This document shows positions 55,678-64,000 of a stretch of DNA of 64,000 bases, piece by piece. How positions within the stretch are numbered: position 1 is the first letter of the stretch; each line of letters begins with the position of its first letter. A program made the translations under genes and the position numbers. Below the pieces are notes generated by a model. The model ran no database searches and was not told the origin of the DNA. It saw nothing but the letters and a program-made list of their open reading frames with translations. This stretch comes from Sumerlaeia bacterium (GTDB lineage: Bacteria; Sumerlaeota; Sumerlaeia; SLMS01; JAHLLQ01), in the NCBI GenBank assembly GCA_040219255.1, contig JAVJSW010000007.1:1-64000 (forward strand), in the 5' to 3' direction.

Positions 55678-56241
55678 CTACGGCTTGGGATTGGCGGGAC
55701 GAATCTGTTCCCACTCGACCCGGGCAAGATTGGCGTAGCGCCGATAGGTCGGAACCGGCGAATCGGCGTATTCGTCGGCGAGGAGCTTGTAGTAGCTCTT
55801 CGCCTCCGCCACGTTGCCCATGGCGTCATAAGACTTGCCCAGGCCATAAAGAGCGTCCACCCGAACGTCGTCCTGATCGGGATAGTTCGTGATCGCATCC
55901 AGGTAAAGCGTCACCGCCTCGTTGTATTCCTGCATGTCGCGATGGATGTTGGCGGCGAAAACGACGGCGGCGGGCGTGAACTTGGTATCGTTGGGAAAGC
56001 GGTCGCGCACCGCCAGGTACGCCAGGATCGCCTTGTCGAACTCCACGACGCGCTGCTCCGCGTCGAGAACCGTGCGGGCCGAGGCCCGCTGCGTTTGCGC
56101 CAGGCGGAACTGCTCCGCCGCCGTATCCGCTTCCGGCACCAGGTACTCCGGGCCCTTCTTCAGCCCGAACCAGCCACAAGACGCCAGAAGAACGGCCCCC
56201 AGCACCAGCGGAAGCATTTTGGCGTAACGGCGTGCGATCAT
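55678..56241 (-). CDS. TPR lipoprotein (BamD/YbgF-like)
   Basis: Lipobox LLAS|C; AITNYPD..DALYGLGKSY TPR. Confidence 0.75.
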   Translation of the reverse strand: MIARRYAKMLPLVLGAVLLASCGWFGLKKGPEYLVPEADTAAEQFRLAQTQRASARTVLDAEQRVVEFDKAILAYLAVRDRFPNDTKFTPAAVVFAANIHRDMQEYNEAVTLYLDAITNYPDQDDVRVDALYGLGKSYDAMGNVAEAKSYYKLLADEYADSPVPTYRRYANLARVEWEQIRPANPKP

Positions 56242-56260
56242 GCGAAACCTCGATCCCAAG

Positions 56261-56737
56261 TCAGACACCCCCAGGGGAGACATCATCGTCTTCGCCCGCG
56301 TCCGGATCGGCCGAATCGCGGGCGGAAAAGTGATGATCCAGGTATTCCTGAAGGATCACGCACGCCGCAAGCGAATCAACCACACCGGGAGCGTGTGGAC
56401 CCGGTCCCAGGATCTCTTTCGCGTCCGCCGAGGAATAGCGCTCGTCCCAGAACGCGATGGGCAACCGGGGCAAGCGCCGCGCCAGCGACCGCGCGAAGGC
56501 CCGCGTCTTCTCCACCTGCTCGCCCTCTCCGCCCCCCTCGCGCAGCGGCAGCCCAAGCACGAAGCCCTTCGCTCCCTGAGCGCCCGCCACCGCCTCCAGC
56601 GCATCGAGCGTCTGCTTGCGGCCCTTGCGATGGATCGCCGGCAGCGGCGAACATACGATCCCCGACGCGCTCGCGGCCACGCCGATCCGCACGTCGCCGA
56701 CGTCGAGCGCCAGCAGGGGGAGGGTGAGTGAAGACAA
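56261..56737 (-). CDS. ruvX: Holliday-junction-resolvase-like RNase RuvX/YqgF
   Basis: LALDVGDVRIGVA, VLGLP, WDERYSS and VDSLAA..ILQEYLD motifs. Confidence 0.93.
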   Translation of the reverse strand: MSSLTLPLLALDVGDVRIGVAASASGIVCSPLPAIHRKGRKQTLDALEAVAGAQGAKGFVLGLPLREGGGEGEQVEKTRAFARSLARRLPRLPIAFWDERYSSADAKEILGPGPHAPGVVDSLAACVILQEYLDHHFSARDSADPDAGEDDDVSPGGV

Positions 56738-56937
56738 GGGAGAGTTTCCTTTCCAATCCAAGAGTCTTATGCTTCTACTTGAACGCCCAAGTAGGACGCC
56801 GCTGGCAACGACAGAAATGGGAGAACGCAGCCATCGAAGCGAAAACGGCTCTCCGCCGCCGCGATGACGACCTATCGGGCGCCGGAGGGTTTCCCAATGG
56901 GCTGAAAGATTTGCGCTGGAGCTTGAAGCAAGAGGAC

Positions 56938-57004
56938 GGCTGGCGGGCTGATGGGACAGCCCGCCAGCCCTTCGAGCAGGCCGTCAGCCAGTACCTGCTC
57001 GAAG
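56938..57004. terminator. Two abutting strong hairpins just after the kelch gene stop
   Basis: GGCTGGCGGGCTG/CAGCCCGCCAGCC and CTTCGAGCAGG/CCTGCTCGAAG; no clear U tail. Confidence 0.4.
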
Positions 57005-57007
57005 CCG

Positions 57008-58567
57008 TCAGAACAGCCGCGACACCACCGTTTCCAGATCGGCTGGAGCCTGCGCCCCGATGAGGCGGTGCGTTTCCTCGCCGGTGCCATTGTACATGAT
57101 CCACGTCGGGACGCGGAACACGCCGCGGAATTGGGCGACCTGCGGGTCCTCGCGGATGTCCACCTTGGCGAAGACCACGCGGTCCTTATGGCTTTGGAAG
57201 TCGAAGCTTTGCAGCAATTGCTCCTGCTGCTGACAGGGCTTCGTGCCATCCATGGCGAAGTACATCACGATCGCTTTGCCCATCGCCTTGTGCTCCTGCT
57301 GCGCGTTGGCCAGCGAGGTGAACGCCGTGGAGCGCGCGGGCGCCGATGAGCCGGCCCAGTTGCTGAAACTCGACGCGGTGATGTCCTGCGCGCCCTGCAT
57401 CGACTCCCAGGCTTTGGCGTTGTGCGCCACCTGGTTTTGCAGCCAGGCCTGCCGGCCCGCTTCCACCGCGCTGGGCGCCAGCTTCACCATGAACGCCAGA
57501 TTCGTCTCGTTCTCGTCCCGGGTCGGTTTGCCCCCGGGCAGGTAAATGTATCCGCGCCGGTAATCGACTGCCGCGGCGTGGTATACGCGGATGGGGATCT
57601 GCGTCTCGCGCCGGTTCCATTTGCCCATGCCCTGCGGCGTGATCTGGGTCCACAGGATGTCGTTGCTCTGCAAACCCCGGTCGTAACGCGGCGAGAGCGA
57701 AAAGATGTACGGTCCGCAGGCCGCCGAGGACGCCGAATAGAAACCGGCGGGCAGCTCCTGCGGTTCCTCGGACCAGCGGCCCAGTTCACCGGAGGCCAGA
57801 ATCGGCGCGGAATAGATCTTCTTCGACGCGATGACTGGGCTCGATTCCTCATTCAAACCACCCCAGACGTAGGCCTTACCGCCGAAGACCGCCGCGTGAT
57901 GGAACCACAAGGGCGCGGGCAGCGGCGGGCTCTCGAACCATTCGCCGAGCGAACCGTCCGCCTTGATCGGCACCGACCAGACCTTATTCGAAATATGCGT
58001 GTCCGCGTTGCCGCCGGTGACGTGCAGATAGCCCGGCGTGGAGAAGGCCGCCACGCAGGACAGACCGGTTTCGTCGAAGGGCTGGGAAACGCGCCAAGGC
58101 TCGAGCATGCCGTTGTTCAGCGGCCGCGTCCACGCCACCGTCTTGACACGCTCGCCGCCCTCGATGGCGGTCGAACCGCCGATGATGTACACCGTGTCGT
58201 TGAGGACGATGGTACTGTTGCCGACGTAGTTGCGGGGGACGTCGATGGGGGTTGTCTGAACCCAACGCGAGAGATGGCCGTTATCCGCGATGCGGGCCAC
58301 ATTCACCGCGCCCGCGGGATGCTGCATGTTGTTCGTCACATCCCAGAGCGACCCGCCAAAGACGTAGAGGTAATCCTTGAGCACGGCGGTTCCGTGGAAC
58401 GCCCGGGGGTAGGGCAGCGACGTCGTTTGCTCGATGAAGCGGTGATCGCCCTGCGCCCTGATTTCCACGCATGGCGCGACGACAAAAGCCATCAGCCAGA
58501 GCGACAAAGCGATCTGGACCAAGTCCTTTCGTGGTATTGCATGGGTCGTTCGGAGATCTCCCGGCAT
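57008..58567 (-). CDS. Exported kelch beta-propeller fused to a C-terminal thioredoxin-like domain
   Basis: LYVFGG, VYIIGG, LHVTGG, AYVWGG and IYLPGG kelch repeats; C-domain MYF..GTKPCQ...FAKVD...GVFRVPT; start uncertain. Confidence 0.8.
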   Translation of the reverse strand: MPGDLRTTHAIPRKDLVQIALSLWLMAFVVAPCVEIRAQGDHRFIEQTTSLPYPRAFHGTAVLKDYLYVFGGSLWDVTNNMQHPAGAVNVARIADNGHLSRWVQTTPIDVPRNYVGNSTIVLNDTVYIIGGSTAIEGGERVKTVAWTRPLNNGMLEPWRVSQPFDETGLSCVAAFSTPGYLHVTGGNADTHISNKVWSVPIKADGSLGEWFESPPLPAPLWFHHAAVFGGKAYVWGGLNEESSPVIASKKIYSAPILASGELGRWSEEPQELPAGFYSASSAACGPYIFSLSPRYDRGLQSNDILWTQITPQGMGKWNRRETQIPIRVYHAAAVDYRRGYIYLPGGKPTRDENETNLAFMVKLAPSAVEAGRQAWLQNQVAHNAKAWESMQGAQDITASSFSNWAGSSAPARSTAFTSLANAQQEHKAMGKAIVMYFAMDGTKPCQQQEQLLQSFDFQSHKDRVVFAKVDIREDPQVAQFRGVFRVPTWIMYNGTGEETHRLIGAQAPADLETVVSRLF

Positions 58568-58763
58568 CAGGCGCGCTCCCAATTCAAAGGTATCGTCCAT
58601 CGCTGGAGTCTCAGTCCCCAAACCGGTCTGAATTGCGGGTGCGATCTGTGGCGAAAGCCCCGCTCTTCCCAGCGACAATAAGAGCAATAGGTGACATGGC
58701 AGACAAGAGAAGGCAAGGAATAAAATGGATTGGACCGGTCGACTTTAGCGGTCCGGCGAGCGA

Positions 58764-59384
58764 CTATATTTTCCTGCAACTCTTTTCCCAAAGCGCCTGC
58801 TTTTCGCCCAAATCGTCTCGCACGATCTCTCCCGCCACCAGCGCCGCCAGCCGATCCTCCCGCAGTCCCAGCCACAGCGCGTTGTCTCCCAATTGGAGCC
58901 AGTGGCTCGGCCCTCCACCACCGAAAGCCAAGTGCAGTTCGTCTCCATCGGCAAAGTACCATCGCACATCCATGGCTCGGTCCAGATAGGTTGTTACGAC
59001 GTTGTTGCAAACTTCGAAACTCGGTTCGCCGAGAAGAAATTCATGTTTCAAATTTAATTGCCCGAAGACCTGCATGCTTGAAAACTCACCCCGCACATTC
59101 GCCTTCAGGTCTATGACACCGGGAACCGCGTAGCTCAGTCCCGCTTTCTCCGATTTCGCGAAGGAGGTAGCGGAAATCACTTCGAAAACATAGGAGGCGC
59201 TTCCTGGGCTTTGCGGATAGGCGAACACCTTGATCTTGGCCTCCGGGCGCCAGATCACGCTGCCGGCGTGGTCCGGGGGATCGGCCTCGGCTGTGTGTAC
59301 CTTGGGGTCAAGGGGTTCGCGCTGGCCCGCCGTTTCCGGCTCGCGGATGGGGGGATTCTCGGTCCCGGTCGGTTGGGGGGTCAT
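58764..59384 (-). CDS. Hypothetical protein
   Basis: ORF starts 3 nt after the ssnA-like stop; no family recognised. Confidence 0.55.
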   Translation of the reverse strand: MTPQPTGTENPPIREPETAGQREPLDPKVHTAEADPPDHAGSVIWRPEAKIKVFAYPQSPGSASYVFEVISATSFAKSEKAGLSYAVPGVIDLKANVRGEFSSMQVFGQLNLKHEFLLGEPSFEVCNNVVTTYLDRAMDVRWYFADGDELHLAFGGGGPSHWLQLGDNALWLGLREDRLAALVAGEIVRDDLGEKQALWEKSCRKI

Positions 59385-59387
59385 GAC

Positions 59388-60692
59388 TTACTCCTTGGGC
59401 AGCCGCTCCCATAGCTTGGGAACCGCTTTGGCGATGCGGCGGCGCGCGTCCGTTTCCTTTGTGCGCACCAACTGTCCGTCACGCAAGATGTCTTCCCCTG
59501 CCACCATCACATCGCGCACGTGCCGGCTCGACAAGCTGAAGAGCAGGTGCGAGAGCGCCGATCCGCCGGTGCCGACCCAGGCCGGTGGCGGATCGATGAC
59601 CACCAGGTCCGCCTGAGCCCCCGCCTCGATTTTGCCCAGGGTGACCTTCAGCCGTTTGCCCGCCACCTCCGCCGACCGCACCAGAGCGGCCAGCATCGTC
59701 CCGTCCGCCACGCCGCCGCGCTCGTCGTGGGCGCGGAAGGTCGCGGCGCGGAATTCTTCGAACATGTCGCCGCCGATGCCGTCGGTCCCCAGCACCATGC
59801 GTTCGGCCATGGTGGACACGGGCGCATAGCCCACGCCGTTGTTCATATTGCTGCGGGCGTTGTGGGCGAAGAAGCACCCGGCCTGAAGCGCCCGCCGCAC
59901 GCAGGCCTTGTCCAGATGGATGCCGTGGCCCAACAGGTTGCCCTCCGCCAGGATCCCCGCGTCGTCGAGCCGCGCCATCAGCGACGCGCCAAAGCGCTCG
60001 CGGCACAGGCGGTCGTCGACCGGGTCCTCGGCGACGTGGATGTGGACCGGCGCGGAGAGCTTCTCGCTCAATTCGCCGACCGCCATCAGGCCCTTGTCGC
60101 TGATTGTGAAGGCCGCGTGCGCGCCCACCATGCCGGCGAAGCGCGGGCCGATGTTGGCTTTCAGGAACTGGCGGTTCTCCTCCAGGCCCTCCTCCTCCTC
60201 CGCCTCGCCCTCGTTGCGGCCGGTCACTTCATAGCACAGCACCCCCCGCAACCCGACTGCGTCCAGGCCGTCCTTGACGGCGTCCAGAGACCCGGCGATG
60301 GAGCTTGGGCTGGCGTGGTGGTCGATGATCGTCGTTACACCGCAGCGCACCGCCTCGATGGCGCCGGAGAGCGCGGATAACTCCACCGTCTCCAGGTCCA
60401 GCGCGCGGTCCAGGCGCCACCAAATGAGCTGCAAAATTTCGTGGAAGTCCTTCGGGGGGCGCGAAATCGCCGGCATCGTCGGGGCCAGCGCGCTGTACAG
60501 ATGATGATGGCCCACCACCAGCCCCGGCATCAGCACGCGCCCCGCCAGATCGCGCACCGTTTCGCCCTCCTGCGGGTCCAGGTGGTGCTGCACGCGGGTG
60601 ATCTTGCCCGCCTCGACGCGCACGTCGCCGTGCTCGATTTTGGGGGGGGAGAGGTGCAGGAGGACGGCGTTCTTTAGGAGGAGGCTGCTCAT
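59388..60692 (-). CDS. ssnA: Amidohydrolase, SsnA-like (putative purine-catabolism aminohydrolase)
   Basis: PGLVVGHHHLYS, WWRLDRAL, GVTTIIDHHASP, GAHAAFT, HIHVAE, SNMNNGVG and LGTDG motifs. Confidence 0.85.
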   Translation of the reverse strand: MSSLLLKNAVLLHLSPPKIEHGDVRVEAGKITRVQHHLDPQEGETVRDLAGRVLMPGLVVGHHHLYSALAPTMPAISRPPKDFHEILQLIWWRLDRALDLETVELSALSGAIEAVRCGVTTIIDHHASPSSIAGSLDAVKDGLDAVGLRGVLCYEVTGRNEGEAEEEEGLEENRQFLKANIGPRFAGMVGAHAAFTISDKGLMAVGELSEKLSAPVHIHVAEDPVDDRLCRERFGASLMARLDDAGILAEGNLLGHGIHLDKACVRRALQAGCFFAHNARSNMNNGVGYAPVSTMAERMVLGTDGIGGDMFEEFRAATFRAHDERGGVADGTMLAALVRSAEVAGKRLKVTLGKIEAGAQADLVVIDPPPAWVGTGGSALSHLLFSLSSRHVRDVMVAGEDILRDGQLVRTKETDARRRIAKAVPKLWERLPKE

Positions 60693-60837
60693 GGGAAGGA
60701 GGACCTTGCTGGCGGAGAGGACTGCACTTCGCGCGCCGATGGCCGGAAGGCAAGGTTCCTTGCGTTTCGCGAACCCGCCCGCGAGTCAAGGTGAGGTTGA
60801 GGGCCATATCGCAAGGCCACCTTGCGACATGAAATTG

Positions 60838-60912
60838 GCCGCCGATGAAAGGGATCGATAGGATGAGGTCTTCGATCAGTATCCAATTCATCCTATTCAT
60901 CTGCGGTAAAAA
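60838..60912. repeat. Diverged member of the CCRCAGATGAA palindromic repeat family
   Basis: GCCGCCGATGAAAGGGATCGATAGGAT...ATCCAATTCATCCTATTCATCTGCGGT-AAAAA, inverted relative to the copies at 41150 and 42202. Confidence 0.6.
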
Positions 60913-61146
60913 CTGGATCGGGCTAGAGTTAGGTGGATCAAACGCCTAACCAAACCGCCCGGCTCCATTCGTCATAAAACCGCCTTCGGCATTGGATTCC
61001 GAACGGTCCGCCCTCAGACTGCAAACTGAGGTCGTGCAAGGATCGCATCGGCGCTCATGAACAAAAACCTAACGCTTGGGGCAAAAAAGACTCGCTTCGC
61101 CCGCCCCACCCTGTGGTACAAATCCCTGTTGAAGTAGGAAGGCCGT

Positions 61147-62316
61147 ATGACCGAGGTTTACACACCGATGCCCCTGACAAAAGAAATGATCCGCCGCATG
61201 CCCAAGGCCGAGCTGCACTGTCACCTGGATGGGTCGATGCGGGTGGAAACGATCATCGAACTCGCGCAACATCAAGGCGTCACGCTTCCCAGCTACGACC
61301 CCGACGTGCTGCGCAAGCGCCTCGTTCAAGACGAAGCGGCGAGCCTGGTCCAGTACCTCAAAGCCTTCGACGTGACCCTGTCAGTCCTGCAGGACTACGA
61401 GAGTCTGCGCCGCACGGCCTACGAGCTGATCGAGGACGCGGCCAAGGAGAACTGTCTGCTCCTGGAAGTGCGCTTCGCCCCGCTTCTGCACACACGCAAG
61501 GGTCTCAAACCCACGCAAATCGTCGAGGCCGTCATCAATGGCCTCAAAGCCGGGCACCGCGATTTCGGCGTCCGCTTCGGCCTCATCATCTGCGCGATCC
61601 GGTCCGACGACCCGCGCTATTCGATGCAGAGCGCCGAGTTGTGCGTGGCTTACAAGAACCGGGGCGTGGTGGGTTTCGACCTCGCCGGCGCCGAAGGTGG
61701 CAATCCCGCCGCCGAACACGCCGACGCCTTCCGCCTGATTCTGCGCAACAACATCAACGTCACGATCCACGCCGGCGAAGCCTTCGGGCCCGACTCGATT
61801 CGCCAAGCGCTCCACGACTGCGGCGCCCATCGTCTCGGCCACGCGGTGCGGCTCAAGGAAGACGGCGACCTGCTCAATTACTGCTGCGACCACCGCATTC
61901 CGCTCGAGTGCTGCCCCACCTCCAACGTTCAGACCGGTGCCATCGACGACCTCAAGGCCCACCCGGTCCGCCTCTTCTACGATTACGGCCTGCGCGTGAC
62001 GGTGAATACCGACAACCGGCTGATGAGCGGCGTCACGATGACCGACGAACTCTGGAAAGCCCACACCATGCTGGGCTTTACCCTACCGGAAATCAAGGAC
62101 CTGATCATCTACAGCATCAAGAGCGCCTTCATTCCCCACCGCCACAAGGTCGAGCTGATCGGCCAAGCGCTGGACGAACTGAAGACCTTTGAGGAAGTCC
62201 GCGGCGAACGCCCCACCGGCGCCGCCCGCGCCGACATCCCCAGCGAATGCTTCACCGACAGTATCGCCCCCAACGGCCAAAGCCACGAAAACATCGAGGC
62301 GGAAGCGACGCAGTAA
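61147..62316 (+). CDS. add: Adenosine deaminase
   Basis: PKAELHCHLDGS, EVRFAP, GFDLAGAE, TIHAGE, RLGHA, CPTSN and NTDN motifs. Confidence 0.93.
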   Translation: MTEVYTPMPLTKEMIRRMPKAELHCHLDGSMRVETIIELAQHQGVTLPSYDPDVLRKRLVQDEAASLVQYLKAFDVTLSVLQDYESLRRTAYELIEDAAKENCLLLEVRFAPLLHTRKGLKPTQIVEAVINGLKAGHRDFGVRFGLIICAIRSDDPRYSMQSAELCVAYKNRGVVGFDLAGAEGGNPAAEHADAFRLILRNNINVTIHAGEAFGPDSIRQALHDCGAHRLGHAVRLKEDGDLLNYCCDHRIPLECCPTSNVQTGAIDDLKAHPVRLFYDYGLRVTVNTDNRLMSGVTMTDELWKAHTMLGFTLPEIKDLIIYSIKSAFIPHRHKVELIGQALDELKTFEEVRGERPTGAARADIPSECFTDSIAPNGQSHENIEAEATQ

Positions 62317-62320
62317 TGGT

Positions 62321-62467
62321 GATGGCACGAGCGTCTCGCCCGTGACTGTCCACGCCTCTCCCTCGCCATTCTCCCTCGCTGCGAAGACTGGTTTCCTTCG
62401 CTGCGGTTCAGTGTCTAAATCATTGAGAAATCACGCTTTGGGTCACGGCCAGAAGGGCTGTGCCACC
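62321..62467. repeat. 147-bp REP-doublet element between convergent add and arfB-like genes
   Basis: GATGGCACGAGCGTCTCGCCCGTGAC ... GTCACGGCCAGAAGGGCTGTGCCACC; same length as 38797-38943. Confidence 0.7.
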
Positions 62468-62469
62468 TA

Positions 62470-62832
62470 TTAATCCATCGCTGGCGGTTTCCGAAGACTC
62501 TTCTTCTCCGATCGCTGCTTCTTCGATTCCAGCCGCTTCAGCTTGGCCTTCATCGGCTGGCGCGTTTTGACGCGGCGCTTGCGTGGCTTGGCAAGGCGCG
62601 TCAAGCGCTCGCGCAGGCGCATCACCGCGATGGAGCGATTGCGGTGTTGGCTGCGTTGGTCCTGGCACGTGACGACGACGCCGGTGGGGCGATGGGTCAG
62701 GCGCACAGCGCTCTCCGTGCGGTTGGCGTGCTGGCCGCCGGGACCTCCGGAGCCGTAGGTATCGACGTCGCACTCGGCCAGAAGCTGGTCGTCGCCGGGG
62801 GGAATGCTGTAGCCTTGGGGCAGGGGGCTCAT
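62470..62832 (-). CDS. Codon-independent release factor/peptidyl-tRNA hydrolase (ArfB/YaeJ-like)
   Basis: [17 protein letters not shown] and basic tail [16 protein letters not shown]. Confidence 0.88.
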   Translation of the reverse strand: MSPLPQGYSIPPGDDQLLAECDVDTYGSGGPGGQHANRTESAVRLTHRPTGVVVTCQDQRSQHRNRSIAVMRLRERLTRLAKPRKRRVKTRQPMKAKLKRLESKKQRSEKKSLRKPPAMD

Positions 62833-62903
62833 CGTGGGTTCCTTGAGGTGCGCAGGGCAGCGGTCGCCAGACGTAACGCAAGACCCTTTCCAGCGCAACC
62901 GCC

Positions 62904-63656
62904 CTATGCGCTCAGCGCCCGGCCCAGGCGGCGGCTCGCCAGGTTCAGCAGCCAGAAGCCGAAAGCCACCGTCACCACCCGGTTCCAGAACAGCAGGCCG
63001 CCAGCCAACGGCTCCGCGCCGCCCGCCATCGGATTCAGGAACACGTTGAAAATCAACGTGGTATCGCCGAGCACCGCGTACAGACCGCCCACCGCCGCCG
63101 CGCCCAGGAGGCCGCCGGCCCAGGCCTGGGGCAGAAACGTCCCCGCAAGCGCCACCAGCCCGATCACGAACCACACGGTGCTGAGAAGAAACAGGAAGGC
63201 CTTCACCGCCGGCAGATTCCCGTACAGGAACCACGACATCACCGCCACCGACGGCGCCATCAGGAGCCCGAGGCCGAAAAGGAGCGTGGCGGCTTTGCCC
63301 CGCAGCAGCTCGCGCCGCGAACCCATGGCGAGCCAGAGGAGTTCGAAGGTTCCCTGGCGCTGGTCCGCCGCGTAGAGCGTGGCCCCGCCCAGCAACCCCG
63401 CCACCCCAAAAAGCCGCAGCAGGAGCGTGTAGCCATCGGCCGCCGAATCGACTGTGTTCCAGGCCGCCCAGGCTCCCACCACCGCCAGAAGCGCCAGCGC
63501 CGCCAGCACCCGCACACCGAAGTGCCCCTTGATCCCGACGGCCAACAGGCGCCATCCGGCGCGCCGGTAATCGGCGTCGGCCCAGAGGAGCAGACGGCTG
63601 CGGCCGCGGCGCAGAAAGCGCCCAAAGCCAGTGGTTTCCGGGGCGGCGGCGGTCAT
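62904..63656 (-). CDS. ABC-2 type permease
   Basis: Six TM helices, [11 protein letters not shown] motif; ATGA overlap with the ATPase. Confidence 0.75.
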   Translation of the reverse strand: MTAAAPETTGFGRFLRRGRSRLLLWADADYRRAGWRLLAVGIKGHFGVRVLAALALLAVVGAWAAWNTVDSAADGYTLLLRLFGVAGLLGGATLYAADQRQGTFELLWLAMGSRRELLRGKAATLLFGLGLLMAPSVAVMSWFLYGNLPAVKAFLFLLSTVWFVIGLVALAGTFLPQAWAGGLLGAAAVGGLYAVLGDTTLIFNVFLNPMAGGAEPLAGGLLFWNRVVTVAFGFWLLNLASRRLGRALSA

Positions 63657-64000
63657 GCGGCGGGGGCCTCCTCTGGGGGCGCGGACGCGATCAGGTCCAT
63701 GTAGCCATCCTCGAGCGTTGGCGCCAGAGCGTCTTCGGCCTCGCCCACGGGCTCTGCCAGAACCATCCGCGCCACGATGCGGCCGTCGCGGTTGCCGAGG
63801 CCCGCCACGCGGCCGCCTTCGACCAAGCCATCGAGTTGCGATTCGTCGGCGATCTCGACTTCGAGGACGCGACTCTCCACACGGCGGATCAGTTCGTGAG
63901 GCTCGCCCTCGAACAGCAGCCGCCCGCCCGCCAGAACCCCGATGCGGCCGCAGCAGCGCTCGACATCGGCCACGATGTGGGTCGAAAGGATCACGACGCG
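63653..64000 (-). CDS. ABC transporter ATP-binding protein, C-terminal part (runs off the window)
   Basis: [12 protein letters not shown] and PTLEDGY motifs. Confidence 0.85.
   Translation of the reverse strand, partial: RVVILSTHIVADVERCCGRIGVLAGGRLLFEGEPHELIRRVESRVLEVEIADESQLDGLVEGGRVAGLGNRDGRIVARMVLAEPVGEAEDALAPTLEDGYMDLIASAPPEEAPAA

Noticed and set aside
56762-57007. Possible ncRNA (6S/SRP/tRNA-like) in the hairpin-rich spacer
   Set aside because: No tRNA T-loop or CCA, no SRP GGAA loop motif and no 6S central bubble recognised; kept only as terminator-like hairpins.

Overview
A GC-rich bacterial chromosomal segment with about 50 protein genes. I found no rRNA, tRNA, CRISPR array, integrase or transposase. 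The pilin-like gene (FTLIELLIVVAIIAILAAIAVPNFLEAQTRSK...) resembles the family expanded in Candidatus Sumerlaeota (BRC1), so that is my inferred source. Housekeeping genes include hslV, udk, dapD, hisD/hisC, a sirC-like gene, pilD, aroE, aroK, ruvX, add, an arfB-like gene, kptA and rarD. They are interspersed with many envelope or secreted proteins: two tandem amidase-golvesin paralogs, a PD40 propeller, TPR and carboxypeptidase-regulatory proteins, an M14 peptidase, a DNase I-like enzyme and a kelch-thioredoxin. Best candidates for undescribed biology: (1) a five-gene cluster of unknown product (CDP-alcohol phosphotransferase, RibA-RibD_C fusion, MDR-fold dehydrogenase, non-canonical QueD/PTPS, GT4); (2) a giant receptor-topology Ser/Thr kinase (propeller ectodomain, TM, TPR array, C-terminal kinase) directly upstream of a thioester-intact alpha-2-macroglobulin; (3) a prepilin peptidase with an inserted PilB/GspE N-terminal-like domain; (4) palindromic repeats that supply the stop codons of consecutive genes in a cassette-like array; (5) a fixed-length ~147 bp REP-doublet element; (6) a mosaic pilin followed by a Gly-rich secreted gene split at a G10 tract. 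All calls are by-eye motif recognition, and several start codons were re-assigned from the ORF track.
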